Origin: Candidatus Poseidoniaceae archaeon
GTDB taxonomy: Archaea > Thermoplasmatota > Poseidoniia > Poseidoniales > Poseidoniaceae
DNA length: 64,000 nt
Direction: 5' to 3'
NCBI GenBank assembly: GCA_965662895.1
Contig: CBFIJH010000004.1
Location: 1 to 64,000 of the forward strand
The position numbers and the translations under genes are program-made. Below the pieces are notes generated by a model. It saw only the letters and a list, made by a program, of their open reading frames with translations, was not told the DNA's origin and made no database searches. Shown piece by piece: positions 29,971 to 38,100 of this stretch (positions are counted from its first letter, which is position 1; each line of letters opens with the position of its first letter).

Positions 29971-30882
29971 TCATTCGGCAGAAAGAGCGGAACCACATGC
30001 TTGACAGTAACGCTCCGAAACAGGATTTGCAGCTCCGCAAGATGGGCAACCCCCTGAGATCGCCATAGAAACCGTCGGCCTTGCTGTTCCACCCAACATC
30101 GCCAAATCTTCGATTGATTCTTTCGGCTGTATTTGGACAGATGCTTGTTTGTTGGAGGTCGCTGAGATAATACCCCCATCATCGCTCATTGATGTCATGG
30201 TTAGCACGTCGGAAGAGGAATCATCCGTAGTTTTTGCAACCTTGATCGGAGCAACAGGGCGCTGGGCAATTACGGGTTCTTGTTGCGCATTCGCACGGAG
30301 CCGAAGAAGACGTTTTTCCTCGCGTTCTGCAGCCTTGTCTTTACCAAACAATCCGAAAATCCCGTCGATGATTCCATCCATCCAGCTTTTCTTACGCACA
30401 GATCCCACCGTCGAGTCAACTGTTTCTTCGATGTCTTTGTTCTCACCGCTCATTCGACGTGTTGCCTTTTGAACAAAACCCTGCTCTGTAAGCATTTGAA
30501 CATCCGATTTCTGATCGGGGTCGAGTTCCAATTCAGGGCGTTCTCGACCGAATGCACCGACGTTCGTATCGAGACTTGCCTTGTTCAACTGGACATCGGT
30601 TTGGAGAGGTGTGTCTTTGTCCCATACACCCTTGGCCTCTGCGTCGTATACGTGTTTCATTTTTTTCATGATTTCAGAACGACGATATTCATGGTCTTTC
30701 GTCCGCCGAGCACGTCGAAGGAGAAGAATTCCAATTCCGATACTGATGACATACCAAATGGTGGTGTACAACCAAGAAATGGCGAGCAATTCATTAAGGG
30801 GTGTGATTACAAGATGGAGCGTACCCATCACAATGATTGGCAACGCAAAAAGTCCCATCGAGGATGTTTGTCGTGTTGCCAT
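29971..30882 (-). CDS. Two-TM membrane protein with C-terminal zinc ribbon
   Basis: Two N-terminal hydrophobic helices and CPSCG...YCQACG at the C-terminus. Confidence 0.75.
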   Translation of the reverse strand: MATRQTSSMGLFALPIIVMGTLHLVITPLNELLAISWLYTTIWYVISIGIGILLLRRARRTKDHEYRRSEIMKKMKHVYDAEAKGVWDKDTPLQTDVQLNKASLDTNVGAFGRERPELELDPDQKSDVQMLTEQGFVQKATRRMSGENKDIEETVDSTVGSVRKKSWMDGIIDGIFGLFGKDKAAEREEKRLLRLRANAQQEPVIAQRPVAPIKVAKTTDDSSSDVLTMTSMSDDGGIISATSNKQASVQIQPKESIEDLAMLGGTARPTVSMAISGGCPSCGAANPVSERYCQACGSALSAE

Positions 30883-30931
30883 ATCAAGGACTCAATGGCG
30901 TTCTTCTTATGCGTTCGCCTTGGTTGTTCCT

Positions 30932-31954
30932 TCAACGATCTTGTGCCTTCCGTCCTTTTCGAACAAGGCCATCCACGAGACCGAGAGTAAATCCTGTATG
31001 CAAAATGAGGAGGCAAAATGGTACGCCGAAGACATGAGAAATCCCTTTCCTGAACTGGAAACTGCCTAAAACAGCAAGAACTCCAAAATACACGATGAAA
31101 AGAATCATCGCGCCCATTGGATAGAGCAAAAGGAAAAGGCCAGATGCAATTGCGCCAAACAGAGGTAAGAGTTCTCGTAAAACCAAACGGCGAGGATGTT
31201 TCAACAAAATCTTTGTTCTCCAAAATCCATAGCGATGACTCATCAAAAACCATGATTTGAAGGTGGTTCTTCTTCGCATTCTTACGACCACTGATGGAGT
31301 TCGATACAAGGCAAAACCGGCCTTGAGCAAACGCATGCTCAAGTCACTGTCTTGGCTGGTCAGGAAGGATTCATCCCAGGCACCTACGGCTTCAATTGCG
31401 GAACGTCGATGTAGCGCAAATGCTGGGACATTGGTCGGACCTTCGTGTTTGAAGTTGGAAAATTGTCCAGTACTACCCCCAAGCGGACTCGCCAGACTTG
31501 AATCGATGAGAGATTCGATCGTCGTGTTCTCAGATTCGACTCCGATGACACGACATCCAAGCCCTGCAAGTTCAGGATGCTCGACCTCCAAACGGTCCCA
31601 AGCTGATTTCAATTGGAAAAGGTGATTCGGCTCAACTTCAATGTGCCCATTAAATTCCAAAAGATGCGTAATGCTTTTTGGGAGTTTCTTGAGCGCAAGA
31701 TTGCGTGCATGGGGAACAAATCTACCCGGATTGTCGTAGAGGTAGATTTCAGGTTGCTCACTCGAATTCCGATCGTTTTGAATCGTTTTGATGATGTCTT
31801 TCGTTGAATCATCCGATCCACCATCAAGCACGATGATAATGTGTTCGTTGTGTGGAAGCGTTTGTTGAAGTAAGGATTGAAGACAAGAGCGAATGTGGGA
31901 TTCCTCATTGAGCACTGGAACAACCGTCGCCAACCAAGGTTCTGATGTTCGCAT
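30932..31954 (-). CDS. Glycosyltransferase family 2 (ExoA-like)
   Basis: VVPVLNEE, DGGSDDST, ARNLAL, WDESFLTSQDSDLSMRL and C-terminal TM helices. Confidence 0.88.
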   Translation of the reverse strand: MRTSEPWLATVVPVLNEESHIRSCLQSLLQQTLPHNEHIIIVLDGGSDDSTKDIIKTIQNDRNSSEQPEIYLYDNPGRFVPHARNLALKKLPKSITHLLEFNGHIEVEPNHLFQLKSAWDRLEVEHPELAGLGCRVIGVESENTTIESLIDSSLASPLGGSTGQFSNFKHEGPTNVPAFALHRRSAIEAVGAWDESFLTSQDSDLSMRLLKAGFALYRTPSVVVRMRRRTTFKSWFLMSHRYGFWRTKILLKHPRRLVLRELLPLFGAIASGLFLLLYPMGAMILFIVYFGVLAVLGSFQFRKGISHVFGVPFCLLILHTGFTLGLVDGLVRKGRKAQDR

Positions 31955-32033
31955 TGTTGGACACTGTTCGAAATCTCATTTGATACTTCACTTCCATAAG
32001 CAGGTTGAAAAGCCATTTCTGCTTGTTCAACAC

Positions 32034-32546
32034 ATGGACCTAAAACCGTTGGTTTACAACGGGCGTGATGAAGGGATTGAGGTCACGCTGCGTACCGAAG
32101 TCAGACCTGGTGACGACGCAACGAACATCACCATCGCCATTCACTCACTTTTTCCTGATGCAACCGTTGAAGAATTTCAGGCCGAGGTGTTTCCATCTTT
32201 ACGACGAAAGGAGATTGTTTGCAATCATTTGTGCTTCGATGTTTTTCTTGAACAGTTACGAAAACAAGCCATCCTTGATACGGCGATGGATGCCATGGGC
32301 CAGAACTTGAACGGAAACCAAACGCAGTTTGAAATTTCCCGACTTGCGGCTTTCGCAGGAAAAATAGCGTTCGTGTACGATGATGCTCCACTAGGAGGCA
32401 GTATTGCAATCCAATTGAAGGGAATTGGCTTACGTGACTGGATCGAAGCCAGCACATGGCACTCTGGTCGGCAAAATGTTCCGAGACAATTGCATGATGA
32501 GGATGCTATGGATAGGTCAGGGGAAGCATCGACTTGGCATCAATAG
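32034..32546 (+). CDS. UPF0201/DUF54-like putative RNA-binding protein
   Basis: VRPGDD...AIHSLFPD, LRKQAILDTA and AAFAGKIAF...PLGGSI resemble the archaeal DUF54 pattern. Confidence 0.6.
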   Translation: MDLKPLVYNGRDEGIEVTLRTEVRPGDDATNITIAIHSLFPDATVEEFQAEVFPSLRRKEIVCNHLCFDVFLEQLRKQAILDTAMDAMGQNLNGNQTQFEISRLAAFAGKIAFVYDDAPLGGSIAIQLKGIGLRDWIEASTWHSGRQNVPRQLHDEDAMDRSGEASTWHQ

Positions 32547-33523
32547 AATTTGTTGAGAAGTTCTTCAACAATTGGTACATCGGCTTCCAACCAATCAAGT
32601 TTGAGCCCTTCGATTGATGATATCCACTTTTTTTCACTGTGCACAGTTAATTGAAGGGCATCGATCTCAGGCGAGTCGACAAAAAATCCGTGAATTTCCA
32701 CATGAAGAAATGGATAAGTGTGATGCCAAACCCCCGCTTTCCCGAGAATTGATGCAGTTATCGACAATTCTTCACGAAGTTCACGCTGAAGAGCATCTTC
32801 TGGGGATTCATTATCCTCAATTTTTCCTCCAGGAAACTCCCACTTTCCTGGTTTCGGTTCGTCTTCACCTCTTCGCATTGCGAGAATTCCTTTTTCGGAT
32901 TGAAACACACCTGCTGCAACTCGGATGGAAGGTTTGTAGAGCATGTGTGAAAGGACGTTTCGGACAAGACTCTTTGCATCCATCACCGAGAATTTGTCAA
33001 TTGTAGGCACATGCAAAAACAAGCAAGGTATCGCAAATTTATGAGCATCGAGCGCTTCAAGCGTTCGGAAATAGGTCTCATTGCAGATGTACTGCCCTGC
33101 ATCGTTTGACAGTTCAACATCGACAGCCCACTCCGAAGTGTTCCATCTTTTGACGGGGACTGGGGTTTGCAAATCACCCGTCCCGCTTAATTGTCCCTTC
33201 TGTACCTGTCGTCCAGAGTTGTCAGAAATTCGCATCTCAAGTCGATCTTGTGCCCTTAATTCGATACGGGGTACCGTACAATCACCACAGAGGCCAAGGT
33301 GGAGTATAGCGTCCCATTCTCTTTGATTCAATTCATCTGCAGTCCAATTGGAGCCTGATTCATCAACGGATAAGACCCGTTTTTCAATCGACACTTCACT
33401 TGAACCTCTTCCAAACGGATTTTTCACCGGAATCAATGACGGGAAAGTATTGACAATGTCTTCCGTTGGATTGGTTTCATGAAAACCAAACGGGCCAAAC
33501 CCCGTCAGGAGAATCCTTGGCAT
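32540..33523 (-). CDS. Pyroglutamyl-peptidase I (C15) fused to a MutT-like Nudix hydrolase
   Basis: ILLTGFGPFG...NPT, E (RIELRA), C (AGQYICNE), H (FLHVP), then WEFPGGKIEDNESPEDALQRELREELSI (Nudix box). Confidence 0.88.
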   Translation of the reverse strand: MPRILLTGFGPFGFHETNPTEDIVNTFPSLIPVKNPFGRGSSEVSIEKRVLSVDESGSNWTADELNQREWDAILHLGLCGDCTVPRIELRAQDRLEMRISDNSGRQVQKGQLSGTGDLQTPVPVKRWNTSEWAVDVELSNDAGQYICNETYFRTLEALDAHKFAIPCLFLHVPTIDKFSVMDAKSLVRNVLSHMLYKPSIRVAAGVFQSEKGILAMRRGEDEPKPGKWEFPGGKIEDNESPEDALQRELREELSITASILGKAGVWHHTYPFLHVEIHGFFVDSPEIDALQLTVHSEKKWISSIEGLKLDWLEADVPIVEELLNKFY

Positions 33524-33612
33524 GACGTTGCCTGGAGTCCAATGTTCTTCATTCTGCTGACAAATTGGCAACAGATTGACAAACCAATAGATGAACCGGA
33601 GTTTGAGGGCGT

Positions 33613-33918
33613 ATGGCTACAACAGGTCAATCCCAATTGAAACCAATTCGTCTCCTCTCTGAAATTTGGAGAGAGATTTTTCTCGGCGTTGGCATGTGGG
33701 GGGCCTTCCGACCAATCTTTGCAGCCCTTTTGGCTGCAATTCCTGGCTTATTTCTCGGTCAACATTTCAACCGGAAACATCGACGTGCATTCGATTGGAC
33801 GTTGCTCCAACTTCCATTAGCACTCACGATTGTCTTGTACATCCCTCTCTGGTTGTGGTCAATTTACGATGCGTGGAGAGATGCAACAATCATTGTTTCA
33901 GAGGCTCGAAAGAACTAG
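33613..33918 (+). CDS. Small membrane protein
   Basis: Hydrophobic helices with IPGLFLGQHFN and WLWSIYDAW. Confidence 0.7.
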   Translation: MATTGQSQLKPIRLLSEIWREIFLGVGMWGAFRPIFAALLAAIPGLFLGQHFNRKHRRAFDWTLLQLPLALTIVLYIPLWLWSIYDAWRDATIIVSEARKN

Positions 33919-34703
33919 GGTCGCCACAATTGGTCAGACGTTTCAAGCTCACCACTCTTCATTCCTTCCATATCATCGAGGTCGTCTTGATCAAATTCTG
34001 TTGGTAAATCGCCACTGAGCCACGCATCGACCGTTAAGGATTCTATGGCCCAGTACATGACAGAGTCTTCATTGTTTGAGTGGCCTGGATGCTCGGAATC
34101 CTCGTGATCTGCGGGAGACGTGTAAACGAGATTCACAAGACCAAGAAGGTGTCCAAATTCGTGGACCATGACGCTGTTTTCGATATCTTCTGCAGAAATT
34201 CGAGGATTAAAGATGGAAGTTGCATCGTTGATTGAATCTGAAAACAAGGCAATGGTTGAAGCGTCAACTGCGACGCCTAAGACACTCTCATCGGAATACT
34301 TTCCTTCTGGCATGATGACATGCCATCGAAGAACAGATGTTTGTGGAGGAGCATCCATGGTTTCGTGGCCAACATCTCGAACTTTACTTGCTGTCCATGA
34401 TGAGGACTCGGAAAATTCAACTTCGGTCAATTCGATTTGGATGCCATTGGGTTTGTCACATACCTGGTCAAGTCGTTGTTTCAACAAACTTACCGTTGAC
34501 GATTCAGGACTGTACCCAGGAGCATGATCAATTTCAACGACCAATTCTTTGTATTCATCACTACGTAAGCAAGCAAGAGCGAGTCCTCCTGGTACGCCCC
34601 AAGACTCACCAAGTATGGTCTCAATGTCGGATGTGCATCCCGCCATAGGAATTGAAAGCATAAGGCAGGAGAGTAACACACCCATCAATCGTCGCCTTCG
34701 CAT
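33915..34703 (-). CDS. Lipoprotein zinc metalloprotease (metzincin-like)
   Basis: MRRRR + hydrophobic stretch + MAGC lipobox-like signal, HEFGHLLGL and an SVMYW Met-turn. GGAGG SD upstream. Confidence 0.82.
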   Translation of the reverse strand: MRRRRLMGVLLSCLMLSIPMAGCTSDIETILGESWGVPGGLALACLRSDEYKELVVEIDHAPGYSPESSTVSLLKQRLDQVCDKPNGIQIELTEVEFSESSSWTASKVRDVGHETMDAPPQTSVLRWHVIMPEGKYSDESVLGVAVDASTIALFSDSINDATSIFNPRISAEDIENSVMVHEFGHLLGLVNLVYTSPADHEDSEHPGHSNNEDSVMYWAIESLTVDAWLSGDLPTEFDQDDLDDMEGMKSGELETSDQLWRP

Positions 34704-34742
34704 GTATCCTCCACACCCTAACGCTTCTAAAATCTCACCAAT

Positions 34743-35183
34743 TTACCACTCTTCTGGTAGTTCGAGCGGGGAGAACAGTTGCCCAGGACCAGTCGCCTCA
34801 GAAAGTTGCTGTCGGACCAATTGCTCCCATGCGCGCAAAGCTAAGATTCCTTCAATGAGGTCCATTTCTGTTTCAACAAGCGTAACTCGAATAAGCGTCG
34901 AGAGAATATCCATGCGATCCTGGTCGACAATCTTCAGCACCTTTTCAACATCAAACACGCCAGCGCTTTGGCTATCACCACTCGGTGATTTGATTTCCCA
35001 CGGATGAGCAACCCGGTCACTAATTTCAGCACCTGTTTTGGAAGCATACTCAGTAAGCGAACCGAGGAGGCCCTGGATATGATGCTGCAATACAAGAGCG
35101 ACTTCAGAGACTGGCATAGTCAATTGACCAATGAGATTCACCATCCGCTCCTGCAACAATACCATTGAATCCGTTGCTGACAA
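34743..35183 (-). CDS. Hypothetical cytoplasmic helical protein
   Basis: TTG start with an AGGAG SD, 14 nt after the upstream stop. No signal peptide or TM helix. Confidence 0.7.
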   Translation of the reverse strand: MSATDSMVLLQERMVNLIGQLTMPVSEVALVLQHHIQGLLGSLTEYASKTGAEISDRVAHPWEIKSPSGDSQSAGVFDVEKVLKIVDQDRMDILSTLIRVTLVETEMDLIEGILALRAWEQLVRQQLSEATGPGQLFSPLELPEEW

Positions 35184-35197
35184 GTTGTCAACTCCTT

Positions 35198-38100
35198 CTA
35201 TTTCTTTGAAAATCCTTCAATGTATTTCCAGCCAAAATGGTTCCACTGTTCTTGTGTCCAGCCCTCAGGTAATCCCGTTGGAGGGAGAGGAGCAATACCC
35301 CGAGGGTCTGGTTGTGCGGGCGGTGCTGTTGCCGCTGGTTGAGGAGACGGAGCCTGCACCGGCGCAGGTACAGGGAGAGGTTGGTTGAGATTCAACTCTG
35401 GAACGGTTTTGGCTTCCATTTCCTCTGTGACAACATCGGTTTGGTCTGCTTCAAATTCATCGTCTCCATATTTCATCTTCCGATACATGACCAACATCCA
35501 CAAGAATGCAGAGAGCGATACAACTGCAACAAGGTACATGAAGATGGCAAACTGATCGTCACTCGCTTGCTGTGCAAGGGCATCTCCATCCCGGACCGTC
35601 TCCTTTTTGACAATGAGCGGGTCGACGTTGTATCGGTCCATTTCAACTCCGTCGATTAGTACCAGAAGCCGATACGTTTGTGATTGGCCAGGTTCGACAG
35701 ACGCCACCACAGGCATCGATGCGAAAGCAGCCATTCCAGCGGATACTGGGATGGTGGTATTGGATTCTTCATTCCAGTTGCCACCATCAACCAAACGTTG
35801 TAGGACAAAACGAACATCGCCTTTTCCACCTAGATTTGCAACGTTTATCTCAAGTTCAGACGTTTCACCGAGCGTTGGACTCGGATTGCTCCAACCAATG
35901 TCTGTGTCTTCGTTAGCAAAGGAAATACTCGGTCCAAGGAGTGCCAATGGCCATGTGGCAAAAGGCTGGTCGATGTTGTTGTTTTGCGTCTCAAACGGAT
36001 TACCGGTAGAATCCGAACCAGAGACCCAGATGTCGACCACATAGGATGGGAGAAGTGTGGTTGCACCCATGTCCGTCAAATCAATTGCACCCGTCCAGAA
36101 GAACTGTTCCCCGAACGGAAGAGTTTCCGGTAAGGCCGTCGCACCTCGCGAAATTTCAGCCTCACCAGCACGGATTCGATAGTGCAGAACGGCTGGGTTG
36201 TTCAAATCAAACCCATTGTCATCAACCGTTTCAAGCATAACCTGCAACGAATTCGCATCACCGATTGAGAGCGGTAACCCGACAGGGACTTCATTGAGCA
36301 TGACCGTTTTGATGGTTGGATTGGAACTATCGACGGTAAATCGCACCCTTGGGAGCGGACTTGTCTCATCTTGCGCAAGTCCAGGAAGGTCATCGAGTCG
36401 AAGACGCAGGTCAAGTTTGCCGGAATTCACCGACGGAACCAAAAGGTCGAGACTGAATTCTCCATTGTCTCTCGGTGAAGTTCTCCAGACGTGATCAAAG
36501 TCTCCAAACACGACATCAAACGCACCAGCAGGTGCTGGAGTTTCATCTTCACTAAACAGGACACGACCAGTGACTCGGAGTGCTTGGCCGCTACCGATTA
36601 AGGATTCATCTCCTTCATCATTGTAGTGATTTGTACCATCTCGCAATTCGACTGCCTTGATGTGACCGGGTTCGGTGTAGAACCTGAAATCGTTATCCAA
36701 ACTCCAAGCGTTCGAACCAAGGCCGCTGATCTTTGAGAAACAAGGCACTTCCTCGCCTTCGTTGCACGGCTTATCGGTCACCTTCAAAATCGGTATGAAA
36801 TGTTCAACCCCATTTGTATCGTATATCTCTGGGAACGACCATGTGAGTTGGAAGCGGGCCCGAATCAACAACTGGTTCGCGTCTTCTCCAAACGTCGAAA
36901 CTTGAGAGTACAGGTTCGATACTGCAATGTATTCGCCACCGGAATTGAGTTTTGCTTTCGGCATACCATTCTCATCTTCTTCGAGCTCGATGAAAATGGA
37001 TGTTTCATCATCGTTGACATCCTCTCCAAGTGCGAATTGTACAAATTCAATATCTTGCCAGCCGTTCCGATCGGAAAGAACCACTTGCGCAGTATACATG
37101 ACGCCAGGATGCAGCGGTTGTTGATCCTCATGGCCAATGATGCTCGAATTTGTTAAATCAACAACAGGTTCGAATTCTTGGCGTATTCTGTATGTCGAGG
37201 CATCAGCATCCCAGTTCGGCATAACTTGGCCTGGTGCGTATCCACAGACCTGTGGCGTAGGCGGACATACGGGACCACCTCCCATTGCAACCTGATTGTC
37301 TTGTCCGTCTTTTCCTGAAACGTATATCGAAACGACCTGACCATGCAAAAGCATTGAGTCATCGATAAGCCCATTGAATATGTTTAATCCTCCTGGTATA
37401 GTCTCTGGGGAGGACAATGTCTTCTCTGCATACTCATCTTCTTGGGGTAACCCATCGAAATTGAAGTCATGACATCCAATGGCGACTGTCGATTTGCATC
37501 CTACCCAATAATGGAGAGTGATTTGCGTCGGTGGATCAACGCTGTCTTGAATGTTGATTGCCACTGCTTGCCCACCCGGTGAAGGCGGTCCAACGTGGCG
37601 TTCTTGCCCATCAAATGGCGTGACACCAAGAACAAGAGGGGAGTTTCCGTCGAGAACAAGCCGCATCGTGTTGTAACCAGGATTGGTAAACGTCGAACCG
37701 TTTGGTAGATTGACCGCTTCGACATAAAATACCATCCCTCCAGGACTTGATTCGATTGGCGAAGTGAAGGATAGATTGTAGGCTCCGAAACTTGGATTGG
37801 ATTCTTCTGCAAGCAACACAGGTTGGCCAATCGGGTCGCCATCATATGTGACATTCTGACCGAGAACACGCAAGTCAAATTCGCCTGAAAGTGGAGACAA
37901 CTGCGAGGATTCAAAGTGGATTTTTCCGAGGAATGAAAGGTTTTGTCCCCCTCTTACCCAATCTTGTGGGTAGAGTTGACGTCCGGACTCATCAAAGACT
38001 TGCAATCCATCGAGCTGTATGTCATTTTCAACTCGAAGTTTCATGTTCTCCGTTTGCCAATTTGCTACCGCAGTGCCGAGAGAGTCCTTGACGGTGAGTA

